This document shows positions 1 through 9,205 of a stretch of DNA of 64,000 nt, in pieces; position 1 is the stretch's first letter; every line of letters starts with the position of its first letter. A program made the position numbers and the translations under genes. The notes below the pieces were generated by a model. It was given only the letters and a program-made list of their open reading frames with translations. It searched no databases and had not been told where the DNA came from. The stretch spans positions 1,984,001 to 2,048,000 of the forward strand of contig OZ244922.1 of assembly GCA_965221905.1 (NCBI GenBank), written 5' to 3'. This stretch comes from Chloroflexota bacterium (GTDB lineage: Bacteria > Chloroflexota > UBA11872 > VXOZ01).

Positions 1-105
1 CGCGACAATGCCCGTTTGCTTCTTTAGGTATGTGCGTCCAAAGAGCCCATTGATCGCGAAAGCGATGAATGGCAGCAGTGGTATAAGCCAGGCGACGTCG
101 GCCAT
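1..105 (-). CDS. nuoL: NADH-quinone oxidoreductase subunit L, N-terminal part (runs off window start)
   Basis: Manual translation MADVAWLIPLLPFIAFAINGLFG, a typical NuoL N-terminus; directly downstream of nuoK. Confidence 0.85.
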   Translation of the reverse strand, partial: MADVAWLIPLLPFIAFAINGLFGRTYLKKQTGIVA

Positions 106-120
106 TATCTCTCTTTGCCC

Positions 121-429
121 TTACCCTTTGAGCGTGTTGATTTCATCAACATTGAGCGTATCTCGATGGCGCGAAAGCGCCACAATGATGGCAAGCCCCA
201 CTGCCGCTTCAGCGGCCGCGACTGTGAGTGAGAAAATGACAAATGCCTGCCCCAGCATGTTATTCAAGGCCACAGCAAAGCCTACGAATGTAACGTTAGC
301 CCCAAGCAGAATCAGTTCAATAGACATAAATACAATGAGCAGATTGCGCCGCACCAATACACCGAGCAGGCCGATGATAAAGAGTGCCGCACCCAGCACC
401 AAATAGTACTCCAAGGCTGGGATGATCAT
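121..429 (-). CDS. nuoK: NADH-quinone oxidoreductase subunit K
   Basis: RRNLLIVFMSIEL and VAAAEAAVGLAI motifs; operon order. Confidence 0.97.
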   Translation of the reverse strand: MIIPALEYYLVLGAALFIIGLLGVLVRRNLLIVFMSIELILLGANVTFVGFAVALNNMLGQAFVIFSLTVAAAEAAVGLAIIVALSRHRDTLNVDEINTLKG

Positions 430-446
430 GTGTTACGTCTTACTCC

Positions 447-1070
447 TCAACGCGGCTTGGCCGGTTCATGATCTCGTAGCTTGGCCTTTTCGTATCGTTC
501 CGCCATCCATTCCGTCACACCCATTTGGGAGGATGAGCGGGGCCGTCTTGTCTCTTGTCTCGCCAAGACGATGGCGCCCACCACGGCGGCCGTCAAGAGT
601 ACCGAAGCCACCTCAAAGGGCAGCAGGTAGTCGCGAAAGAGCACCTGCCCCAACGCTTGCACGTTACCGCCCTGCCCAACGACCCACGCCGGCGTGTGGG
701 GTCCTTGCGCGCCGACAGTAATCGCGGCGCCCGTTAGGACGATAAACTCCAGAAAGAGGATGGCGCCAATCACAATTGCCAGGGGCGCTTGCACGTGAAA
801 CTGTCGCACGCGCTCTACCGCACCGATATTCAAGAGCATCATGGTAAAGAGGAAGAGCACAATGATTGCGCCGGCATAGATGATGATGTGCGCTACCGCG
901 AGGAATTCAGCGCGCAACAGAATGAAGATCCCCGCCAGATGGAAGACAACGCTGACAAGAGAAAGCGCGCACTGGACCGGGTTGCGCAGCATAATGACGA
1001 GCACGGCAAAGACCACGCTCGCAAGCGCGAGATAGGCGAAGATCAATGTGAGCAAGGTCTCGCTAGTCAA
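447..1070 (-). CDS. nuoJ: NADH-quinone oxidoreductase subunit J
   Basis: AEFLAVAHIIIYAGAIIVLFLF and YLLPFEVASVLL motifs; start moved to TTG 1070 (AAGGAGGT RBS, overlaps nuoI stop). Confidence 0.95.
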   Translation of the reverse strand: MTSETLLTLIFAYLALASVVFAVLVIMLRNPVQCALSLVSVVFHLAGIFILLRAEFLAVAHIIIYAGAIIVLFLFTMMLLNIGAVERVRQFHVQAPLAIVIGAILFLEFIVLTGAAITVGAQGPHTPAWVVGQGGNVQALGQVLFRDYLLPFEVASVLLTAAVVGAIVLARQETRRPRSSSQMGVTEWMAERYEKAKLRDHEPAKPR

Positions 1071-1521
1071 GCGACGAGACCTCCTTGCCCTGCTTATCAA
1101 CCAAGTCCATTAGACGGTCCACGTCGTAGATTAGTGTGCTGCGGTCATCAGTGGTGAAATTATACGCGTTTGTCATCTCCAGCGCTTCCACAGGGCAGGC
1201 TTCCACACAGAGCCCGCAGAAGAGACAGCGGCCGATGTCTAGCGTATAGGAGGTTACCACTTTCTCGGTTGGCTGAGCGGGGTTCGATTCCGTCGTAATG
1301 GTGATGCATTCATTCGGGCACGCAGTTTCGCAGAGCCCGCAGCCCACGCACTTCGACCGACCGTCCGGTCTCCGCCGCATGCCCACGGCACCGCGATAAA
1401 TTGCAGAGAAGGGCCGTTTTTCCTCCGGATAGCGAATCGTTACCGGCTGACGAAAGAACTCGCGAAGCGTAACACTAAGCCCCTTCGCTATCGGCAACAG
1501 CGAATCGAACCGAAAACTCAT
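1063..1521 (-). CDS. nuoI: NADH-quinone oxidoreductase subunit I
   Basis: TIRYPEE plus two CxxCxxCxxxCP [4Fe-4S] motifs. Confidence 0.97.
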   Translation of the reverse strand: MSFRFDSLLPIAKGLSVTLREFFRQPVTIRYPEEKRPFSAIYRGAVGMRRRPDGRSKCVGCGLCETACPNECITITTESNPAQPTEKVVTSYTLDIGRCLFCGLCVEACPVEALEMTNAYNFTTDDRSTLIYDVDRLMDLVDKQGKEVSSLD

Positions 1522-1546
1522 AGCGTCTCCTCTCCCAAATGTGTCG

Positions 1547-2566
1547 CTAGGCGTAAATAGTCAATTTGAGTACCGTGGCTACTGCCAGGTTGAGCAGCCC
1601 CAGCGGTAAGAGCACTTTCCAGCAAAAGTTCATCATTTGGTCGTAGCGAAATCGCGGTAACGTGGCGCGCAGCCAAAAGTAGAAGAATAGGAATAGAAGA
1701 ACTTTGGTCATCATGATTCCAACTGCGAGCAGAGTTGCGAAGAGATGACCGATATATGGCTCCAGGAACTGCGCAGGCCACCCGCCGCCAAGAAAGACTG
1801 CGCTGACCAAGAAAGCAGCCAGCAGCATGTTCGCATATTCAGACAAGAAAAAGAAGGAGAACCGCCAACCGGAATACTCTACGTGATAGCCGGAGACAAG
1901 CTCCGTTTCCGCTTCCGGCAAATCGAATGGCGCGCGGTTGGTCTCTGCCAGCGCGGCACAAACGAAAACGAATGCGCCAATTACTAGCGGTATGACATAA
2001 GGCACCTGCTGCTGCCGCACGATCTCAGGCAACGAAAGCGAACCTGCGAGCACTACTACGCCGACGAGCGCCAAACCGAGCATGATTTCATAGCTAATCA
2101 TCTGTGCGCTCGACCTCAAGCTGCCCAACATCGCGTACTTGCTGTTCGATGCCCAGCCGGCCATGACTATGCCGTACACCGCTACAGACGTAAGCGCCAA
2201 AATATAGAGCACACCGACGTTAAGATCGGAAGCATAGAGACCGATCACCCGCCCGAATATGTGGAGTTCGGTCCCAATCGGCACCACAGACCACGCCATG
2301 AATGACGGCACCAATAGCAGAAACGGCGCGAGAATGAAGAGTGTGCGGTCCGCACCGGCTGGGATCATATCTTCCTTGCCCAAGAGCTTGACGGCATCGG
2401 CAAGGGTTTGGAAGACCCCAAAGGGGCCGACCCGGTTGGGGCCAACTCGTGACTGGATGCGGCCCAAGATACGGCGCTCACCCCAAATGAGGGGCGGCAC
2501 GACGAGCAGCGGGACCACAAATGCGATTAAGGACTTGAAGATTACTGCAATGACAAACTCTGTCAT
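1547..2566 (-). CDS. nuoH: NADH-quinone oxidoreductase subunit H
   Basis: ERRILGRIQSRVGPNRVGP, AQMISYE and ETNRAPFDLPEAETELVSGY motifs. Confidence 0.98.
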   Translation of the reverse strand: MTEFVIAVIFKSLIAFVVPLLVVPPLIWGERRILGRIQSRVGPNRVGPFGVFQTLADAVKLLGKEDMIPAGADRTLFILAPFLLLVPSFMAWSVVPIGTELHIFGRVIGLYASDLNVGVLYILALTSVAVYGIVMAGWASNSKYAMLGSLRSSAQMISYEIMLGLALVGVVVLAGSLSLPEIVRQQQVPYVIPLVIGAFVFVCAALAETNRAPFDLPEAETELVSGYHVEYSGWRFSFFFLSEYANMLLAAFLVSAVFLGGGWPAQFLEPYIGHLFATLLAVGIMMTKVLLFLFFYFWLRATLPRFRYDQMMNFCWKVLLPLGLLNLAVATVLKLTIYA

Positions 2567-2580
2567 AACTCGTTCCTAGC

Positions 2581-5142
2581 TCACGCTTGGGATGACTGCG
2601 TCGAAGACGGCGACTGCGTCGAAGATGCCGTTGCGACAGCGTGTACCGAGACTGCCACCGTGGCTTCAATTCCCAGCAACGCCCCCACCGGCGCATCCGG
2701 GAAACCACCGGGAAGATAGACCACATCTTCCGCCAATTGATCGTTTGCTTTCGCCGCAACAGTCAGGTCCATCCCGTTCGCTTGAATCCCCACTCTCTCC
2801 CCATCACGGACGCCAATCCGCTCCAACTGCGTTGGGTGGAGTTCGGCAACGGGCTCAGCGACCAAACGGCGGAGGTTGCTACTAAAGCGTCCTGTAACGC
2901 CGGGCACAAACAGATGGTCTTGCGTTACCAAGAGCAGCTTGCCGTCACCATTCACCGACGGCAGTGCCGGCGGTTCTTGCCAACCGAAACTGGGCACGCT
3001 GTGGGTGATGGGTATGTCGGCCAAGACTTCCGCAATCTCTTGGGCTACTGAGTCTGAAGTGCGGTAAGCCCAACGCGCCCCAAGCTGGAGAGCAAGTTCA
3101 GTAAAGATCTGCCAATCGGGCTTTGCTTCACCAACTGGTGGAATTGCCGCCTGAGCGCGTTGAGAGCGACCTTCCAAGTTTGTGTATGTGCCGGTTTTTT
3201 CAGCAAAGCTGACGGCAGGCAATAGCACATCGGCGTGCTGGGCCGCCGTGCTGGTCACAAAGAGGTCTTGCACGACTACAAAGCGCGCTCGATCGAGAAG
3301 TCCTTGTGCCTGATGTCGATTGCGAGCGCTCGCGACCAAGTCTTCACCAATGACATAGAGCACGGATGGCTCGGCGCCGGCCATGAGGTCATCGAGCGTA
3401 AGCCCCTGAGAGTCGGGCAGCACCACGTTCCAAAGCCTGCCCAGGGCACTCCGGGCCTGGGCGTCATCGCTGCCGCGGAAGTTCGGCAAGATGTCGGCTC
3501 CCGCTCCCATTTGCACTAACCCACGAGAATTCGCTTTATTAGCAAGAGGGAAGAGATGTGCGCTGGGCAAGGCCAGCGTAAGATTTGCCGCAGCTTGGGC
3601 GAAGCTCGCGGCGCTGCCGATTACCCAACTTCCGAGTGCCCATACAATGCCGACGTTGCCGGCCTGGGCGAGTTCCGCCGCGGTCTCACCGAGCTCTGCG
3701 GCTGTAAGGCCAGTGTCTGCTGCAGCGCACTCCAAGGTATAGCTGCGTAATTCCTGCGGACCCCGGTCACTGTCGGATTGACGCAGGATTTCGGCGGCAA
3801 GCCCTTGAATCAGGTGCTCCTCGGCGCCGGGGCGCACGCGCAAGACGCGGCGGGCAAAACGATCATCCTGTCTGCTGGGTAAGCTACCGGCTTGAATGAG
3901 CAGTTTCCCTTGGTCGCGTACCCACTGCCGCAGCCGCATGCCTAGCACGTCGTGACTTTCCATAATGTCGCCACCAACGACAAGGAAAGCATCCATTTGC
4001 TGCATTTGGCTGATGTTGAAATTAAACGCAGCGGGCCCAAGCATATTTAGCGTGGGAATGAACGTCCAACGCTCAGTGCTGTCTAAGTTGTTGGTTCCCA
4101 CGACCTCTCGCATGAGGCGTGCAATCAGGTAGTTCTCTTCGTCCGAGAGACGACCGGACGTAATGGCTGCAACCGAGTCAGGCCCGTCTTGGGCCTTTGC
4201 GTCGGCGATTTGGGCGGCCACGAGACTGAGGGCTTCATCCCAACTTGCCGGTTCTAGTTGGCCGTTCTTTCGTATCAGCGGCTGGGTCACACGCCCATCA
4301 TCGTGGATGTAATCGTAGCCGAATCGACCGCGCGTACAGAGCATGCCGTCGCCAGGGCCGCGATCTCGCGTGTTGACCGGCGTCTGGTCCCGCAGTGCCG
4401 GGTTCGCTTTTGTGCGCAGCACCTCTCCCATGCGCGTCTCGACGTGCATCTGGCAGCCGACGCTGCAGTGGTTGCACACAGATTCGCTTTGATGCACTTG
4501 CCACGCGCGCCCGCTATGCATGAAAGGTCGGCTGAGCAAAGCGCCGACGGGGCAGACCTCAATGCACTCACCGCACTCAACGCAGCCTAAGGGTTCATCG
4601 AACTGCGTCCCAATATAACTGTGGAACCCCCGCAAGTTAAAGGTAAGCGCACTATCGCCCACACGTTCGTCACAGATGCGCACGCACTTCCCGCAGTAGA
4701 TGCAGCGGTTCGGGTCCCATTCGATGAGAGGGCTGAGCTCGTGATCGGGTTCGTTGGGGTTGTCGCTGCCCAGACTGCTGCGGTACACACCTACCTCATA
4801 GGCCGTGTGCTGCAGGTCGCAGACGCCGGACTTATCGCAGTAGGGGCAGTCCAATGGATGGTGCTGCAGGGTCATCTCCATAATGCCCTGCTGCGCATGC
4901 ACCACAGGCTCGGTCTTCGTGCTCACCACCATGCCTTCCATGGCCATGGTATTGCAAGAAGAAAGTGGCTTTGGCGCCCGTTCGACCTCTACCACGCACA
5001 TGCGACACGCACCGTAGGGTTTTAGAAAGGTATCGAAGCACAAAGTAGGAATGTAGGTTCCTGCCTTGCGTGCGGCATCGAGGATAGTTGCACCGTCAGG
5101 TACCGTTACCTCTTGAGCGTCAACTGTTAGTGTTACGGGCAT
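2581..5142 (-). CDS. nuoG: NADH-quinone oxidoreductase subunit G (long, FdsA-like Fe-S complement)
   Basis: IPTLC..GACRMC, HPLDCPYCDKSGVC, CxxCxxCxxxC pair and CNHCSVGC motifs followed by a molybdopterin-oxidoreductase-like body; lies between nuoD and nuoH. Confidence 0.9.
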   Translation of the reverse strand: MPVTLTVDAQEVTVPDGATILDAARKAGTYIPTLCFDTFLKPYGACRMCVVEVERAPKPLSSCNTMAMEGMVVSTKTEPVVHAQQGIMEMTLQHHPLDCPYCDKSGVCDLQHTAYEVGVYRSSLGSDNPNEPDHELSPLIEWDPNRCIYCGKCVRICDERVGDSALTFNLRGFHSYIGTQFDEPLGCVECGECIEVCPVGALLSRPFMHSGRAWQVHQSESVCNHCSVGCQMHVETRMGEVLRTKANPALRDQTPVNTRDRGPGDGMLCTRGRFGYDYIHDDGRVTQPLIRKNGQLEPASWDEALSLVAAQIADAKAQDGPDSVAAITSGRLSDEENYLIARLMREVVGTNNLDSTERWTFIPTLNMLGPAAFNFNISQMQQMDAFLVVGGDIMESHDVLGMRLRQWVRDQGKLLIQAGSLPSRQDDRFARRVLRVRPGAEEHLIQGLAAEILRQSDSDRGPQELRSYTLECAAADTGLTAAELGETAAELAQAGNVGIVWALGSWVIGSAASFAQAAANLTLALPSAHLFPLANKANSRGLVQMGAGADILPNFRGSDDAQARSALGRLWNVVLPDSQGLTLDDLMAGAEPSVLYVIGEDLVASARNRHQAQGLLDRARFVVVQDLFVTSTAAQHADVLLPAVSFAEKTGTYTNLEGRSQRAQAAIPPVGEAKPDWQIFTELALQLGARWAYRTSDSVAQEIAEVLADIPITHSVPSFGWQEPPALPSVNGDGKLLLVTQDHLFVPGVTGRFSSNLRRLVAEPVAELHPTQLERIGVRDGERVGIQANGMDLTVAAKANDQLAEDVVYLPGGFPDAPVGALLGIEATVAVSVHAVATASSTQSPSSTQSSQA

Positions 5143-5204
5143 TGTTCCCTCTTCTCAACCACCGCAAATATCAGACACCATATCGTCTACACTGCTATTC
5201 GCTC

Positions 5205-6410
5205 TTACCGATCGACCTCACCAAGGACGATGTCAATACTTCCAATCACGGCGACTACGTCCGCCAACAGCCGTCCCTTAACCAGATAGGGCAGGGACTG
5301 CAGATTAACAAAGGAAGGTGAGCGGACGTGCATGCGGTACGGTTTGCCGCTACCGTCGCTAACGACGTAGAAGCCGAGTTCGCCTTTTGGCGCCTCGATA
5401 GCAGCATACATCTCGCCCTTCCGCACCGGGAAACCGTGGATGTACATCCAAAAGTGGTTGATCATTGCTTCCATATCGGTATAGAGGCGCGGGGTATCCG
5501 GTCGGCCGACACGCGAGTCATCGGTCATAACCGGACCAGGCGGCAAGTGCGTAATTACTTGGCGGATGATGTGTACACTCTGGCGCATCTCCTCGAGACG
5601 CAGCAGGTAACGGCTGAAGACATCACCCTTGCCGGTGCCGGTGGGTACGTCGAACTCCACCTTATCGTAGGCGGCATAGGGTTCCGCCTTGCGAATATCC
5701 CATGCCACGCCGGAGCCGCGCAGACAGGGCCCGGATAGACCCATCGCGATGGCGTCTTCGCCGGAGATAACTCCCACGTCCACAGTTCGCCCAAGCCAAA
5801 GTTCGTTCTTCGTAAGCAATTTGTCGAACTGATCGATTTCTTTAATGAAGTAATCCAAACTGCCCACAAGTTTCTCGTAGAAGGCTTCGCGCGGTTCTTC
5901 CAGGAATCCGCCGGGACGCATAACGCTGTGCGTCATGCGGGCGCCGCAGAGCTCTTCGAATAACTCAAGGACGCGTTCACGGGCGCGAAACGCGTAGAGG
6001 AAGACAGACATGGCGCCGATGTCCAGCGCGTGGGTGCCGATCCAGACCAGATGACCTGCCAGACGCCCCAACTCACCTACAATGCAGCGCAGCCACTGAG
6101 CACGTTCCGGCACTTCGATTTCGGCGAGGGCCTCGACGGCCACCAGCCAACCAAGGTTACTGGAAGCCGCGGCAGTGTAGTCCATGCGGTCGGTATACCC
6201 AAGAATCTGAGTATACGTCTCACTCTCAGCAATCTTCTCCGTGCCGCGATGCAGGTAACCAATAATTGGTACGGCTTCCTCGATGTATTCGCCGTTCATT
6301 TTCAGCACGACACGCAAGACCCCATGAGTACTGGGGTGCTGCGGGCCCAAATTCAGGATGAGTCCTGAATCATCTTCCCCTGCAATGCGTTCAATCTCAA
6401 CAGTCGCCAT
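5205..6410 (-). CDS. nuoD: NADH-quinone oxidoreductase subunit D
   Basis: NLGPQHPSTHGVLR, GYLHRGTEK and C-terminal DIVLGEVDR. Confidence 0.98.
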   Translation of the reverse strand: MATVEIERIAGEDDSGLILNLGPQHPSTHGVLRVVLKMNGEYIEEAVPIIGYLHRGTEKIAESETYTQILGYTDRMDYTAAASSNLGWLVAVEALAEIEVPERAQWLRCIVGELGRLAGHLVWIGTHALDIGAMSVFLYAFRARERVLELFEELCGARMTHSVMRPGGFLEEPREAFYEKLVGSLDYFIKEIDQFDKLLTKNELWLGRTVDVGVISGEDAIAMGLSGPCLRGSGVAWDIRKAEPYAAYDKVEFDVPTGTGKGDVFSRYLLRLEEMRQSVHIIRQVITHLPPGPVMTDDSRVGRPDTPRLYTDMEAMINHFWMYIHGFPVRKGEMYAAIEAPKGELGFYVVSDGSGKPYRMHVRSPSFVNLQSLPYLVKGRLLADVVAVIGSIDIVLGEVDR

Positions 6411-6450
6411 CGGATGTTCCCACTACTCCTATTGGTAGTGCCTTATACGG

Positions 6451-6924
6451 CTAGAGGCCCTCACGCGGAAAGTCCTTACGCAACGGGTGATACTCGTAGT
6501 CTTCATCCATTAGGATGCGGCGGAGATCCGGGTGATTAACGAAGTTCACGCCCATCAGATCGTAGACCTCGCGCTCCGGCCAGTCGGCGCCGGGCCAGAC
6601 TTGCGCCATGGATTCAACTGATTCAGAGGGTGCAATCCGAGTCTTAACGCGTATGCTGCGATTTTCGGGGATCGAGCGCAAGTGATAGACAACTTCGTAT
6701 TCTTGCATCTCACCCGGCCAATGAACCGCTGTCACGTCGCCGAAATAGTTGAAGCGAAGGTCTGGGTCATCGCGCAAAACCATTGCCACTGCCAACAGGT
6801 CTGCGGCAGCAATCTCGATTGTCAGAAAGTTGCGATGGCTATTTGCGGCAACGACCTTGTCGCCTAAGACCGCTTTCACACGCTCTTGGATTGTATCGGC
6901 GGCAACGGGCGGCGGGATGCTCAC
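6451..6924 (-). CDS. nuoC: NADH-quinone oxidoreductase subunit C
   Basis: ADWPEREVYDLMGV..HPDLRRIL..HPLRKDFP; start set to GTG 6924 just after the nuoB stop. Confidence 0.95.
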   Translation of the reverse strand: MSIPPPVAADTIQERVKAVLGDKVVAANSHRNFLTIEIAAADLLAVAMVLRDDPDLRFNYFGDVTAVHWPGEMQEYEVVYHLRSIPENRSIRVKTRIAPSESVESMAQVWPGADWPEREVYDLMGVNFVNHPDLRRILMDEDYEYHPLRKDFPREGL

Positions 6925-6932
6925 AGGTGCAT

Positions 6933-7484
6933 TTACTCCTGGGCTGCCATAGCAGACCGCGTGGTGAGTAAATCCTCGTCTGCGCCGGCCCACTCACCTT
7001 GCTTGATCTTCTGCTGCAAGAGCATAAGGCCTTCCAGCAGCGCCTCGGGCCGCGGGGGACATCCAGGCACGTAAATGTCAACGGGCACAGCAAGGTCTAC
7101 GCCTTGCAGTACACTGTACGACCGATACGGCCCTCCGCACGTCGCACAGTTGCCATGGGCGATTACCCAGCACGGCCGCGCCATTTGTTCCCAGAGGTTG
7201 CGTATGATCGGCGCCATCTTCTTGGTCACCGTACCCGCCACGATCATGACATCTGATTGCCGGGGTGTTGCCCGGAACGCCATGCCAAAACGGTCCGCGT
7301 CGTAGTGTGAAGCGAAGAGCGACATCATTTCAATGGCACAGCACGCCAGGCCGAAGGTCATTGGCCACAACGCATTCGCTCGCCCCCAATTCAAGACTTG
7401 GTCGGCGGAAGCAAGCACAAAGCCGGAAGCACCCGTTTTTTGCCCAACAGTTGGCAGCGTGAGCGTATCTTCTATAACCCCCAA
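6933..7484 (-). CDS. nuoB: NADH-quinone oxidoreductase subunit B
   Basis: [10 protein letters not shown] and [12 protein letters not shown]; probable TTG start at 7484 with AGGAG RBS. Confidence 0.97.
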   Translation of the reverse strand: MGVIEDTLTLPTVGQKTGASGFVLASADQVLNWGRANALWPMTFGLACCAIEMMSLFASHYDADRFGMAFRATPRQSDVMIVAGTVTKKMAPIIRNLWEQMARPCWVIAHGNCATCGGPYRSYSVLQGVDLAVPVDIYVPGCPPRPEALLEGLMLLQQKIKQGEWAGADEDLLTTRSAMAAQE

Positions 7485-7849
7485 TCGAATGCTCCTTTCT
7501 TCCATGCGTAAACGTAGCCCACAAGTAAGATTGCAATGAATATCGCCATTTCAACCAGACCGAAGAGGCCAAGCGACCCCACTATAACGGCCCACGGGAA
7601 GAGAAAGGCGAGCTCAAGATCGAAAACGACGTATACAATCGCGACCATGTAGAAGTGGACGCCGTGCCGGCCGCGTGTATCGCCCACCATCCCACTGGGG
7701 CCAATTCCCGATTCGTAGGGGGCCGTGCGCAGAGGTCCGGGTCGAAACTTCGGTCGGAGCACGGAGGCAAGGGCGAGCGTAACTATACCGAAACCGGATG
7801 CGGCAACGAAGAGCACCAGAAACGGAATATATCCTACGTAGTACTCCAT
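7472..7849 (-). CDS. nuoA: NADH-quinone oxidoreductase subunit A
   Basis: [18 protein letters not shown] and WKKGAFDW motifs. Confidence 0.97.
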   Translation of the reverse strand: MEYYVGYIPFLVLFVAASGFGIVTLALASVLRPKFRPGPLRTAPYESGIGPSGMVGDTRGRHGVHFYMVAIVYVVFDLELAFLFPWAVIVGSLGLFGLVEMAIFIAILLVGYVYAWKKGAFDWGL

Positions 7850-7949
7850 AGTTCTACCTTCTTGCCCTCATCTCTGCTTGTCTCCAGCGCAGTCCGGTCT
7901 AATGATGAACGATTTGGTCTTCGTTGACAACCGCGCTCCCGCGCGTTGT

Positions 7950-8645
7950 CTAGCCCGGCGTCAAAGTGGTTGCGACTGAGCGTACAGCGTCTGATGCGTT
8001 GTAGTCGGCAACACTCTCCCGCAACAGGTAGGAGAGGTACTCCACCTCTATTGAGAGGTCTACGCTCGCGAGATAGATGTGGGAAGGCACCTTCAACTGT
8101 ATCGGCGCAAAGTTGAGCAAACAGCGCACTCCGGCATCTACAAGCTGCTGGGTAACGGCTTGTGCCGCTTTTGCGGGCACGGCCAATACCGCCATCACGA
8201 TCTGGCGCTCTTGGATGGTTTCCTTTATCTGATCCATGGGCTTTACAACCACGTCGCGGATTACTGTCCCAACGCGGCGTGGATCAGAGTCGAAAGCCTC
8301 GACAATGCGGAATCCTTGCCGAGGAAACCCGTCATACGCGAGCAGGGCAGACCCCAAGTTGCCAACGCCGACGAGCGCCATGGGCCAACCTTCACCAATT
8401 CCCAGAATGCTCTGCATGTGAGACTGCAGCGATTCTACTTCATACCCCACACCGCGTCGACCAAAACTCCCAAAGTATGCAAGGTCGCGTCGAACCTGGG
8501 CGGCAGTGGAACCGGTCAGCGCAGATAGGCGCTCCGAGGAAACACTTTCAACCCCCTGTTCCCGCAGCGCGACCAATGTACGATAGTACAGAGAGAGGCG
8601 TCTTATCGCCATCTGCGGCGCTTTTCCCCTCGGTATCACAGGCAT
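7950..8645 (-). CDS. rex: Redox-sensing transcriptional repressor Rex
   Basis: RRLSLYYR, QVRRDLAYFGSFGRRGVGY, VGVGNLG Rossmann motif, LLNFAP. Confidence 0.97.
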   Translation of the reverse strand: MPVIPRGKAPQMAIRRLSLYYRTLVALREQGVESVSSERLSALTGSTAAQVRRDLAYFGSFGRRGVGYEVESLQSHMQSILGIGEGWPMALVGVGNLGSALLAYDGFPRQGFRIVEAFDSDPRRVGTVIRDVVVKPMDQIKETIQERQIVMAVLAVPAKAAQAVTQQLVDAGVRCLLNFAPIQLKVPSHIYLASVDLSIEVEYLSYLLRESVADYNASDAVRSVATTLTPG

Positions 8646-8674
8646 TGGCGCTTCTCATGTCAAAGGCATTTGCC

Positions 8675-8709
8675 ACGTGAAACATATCACAAGCCCCTGA
8701 CGTGCGCAA
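8675..8709 (-). promoter_or_regulatory. Rex operator (8675-8692) overlapping a sigma70-type promoter of the rex-nuo operon
   Basis: Minus strand TTGTGA-TATGTT-TCACGT vs Rex consensus TTGTGA-N6-TCACAA; TTGCGC-N17-TATGTT promoter whose -10 lies inside the operator. Confidence 0.75.
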
Positions 8710-9205
8710 CTAATTAACACTGTTTTAAGTTAGGGGCCGTCCTATCGCTTTGCCTTCAAGCGATTCCTGCAAATCAAGATGAATAGGGGCTGCAACCGGT
8801 AACGGATATTCCTGGATTTAAGGCTGCGTGCGCCGGATGCGTGGCGTGCTCCCGGGTTCGCTTGCTCTTCAATCGGAGGATGACGCCATTCCGGACAGTG
8901 CTTGTCGTTTCAAGCGCGCGCGCACCGTAGATGTGTTGAACAGCGACCAAAAAGGAGATGGCCGGCGTGAGTGGGGGGGGCTTTGGCGAAGTTGGCACAT
9001 TTGCTAGCCGGTGGTAGATTGCGCTCGGTAGAATCGAGCAACCCCTTTAGGGCTGGAGGATTCGAGGCAAGGACATTAAACCTACCAAGGCATTGATTGG
9101 GGGGGTATGAGCGTTGCTACAACCCGCTCCTCGGGTTCGAACGAGCAAGGCGCCAAGCAAGTGCTACGCAGTCAGAGTGACAAAGGTAATAGAGGTATGG
9201 CCTGC

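Noticed and set aside
2581-5142. Formate dehydrogenase alpha subunit or selenoprotein
   Set aside because: No Mo-ligating Cys/Sec-His and no in-frame TGA; it sits within the nuo operon
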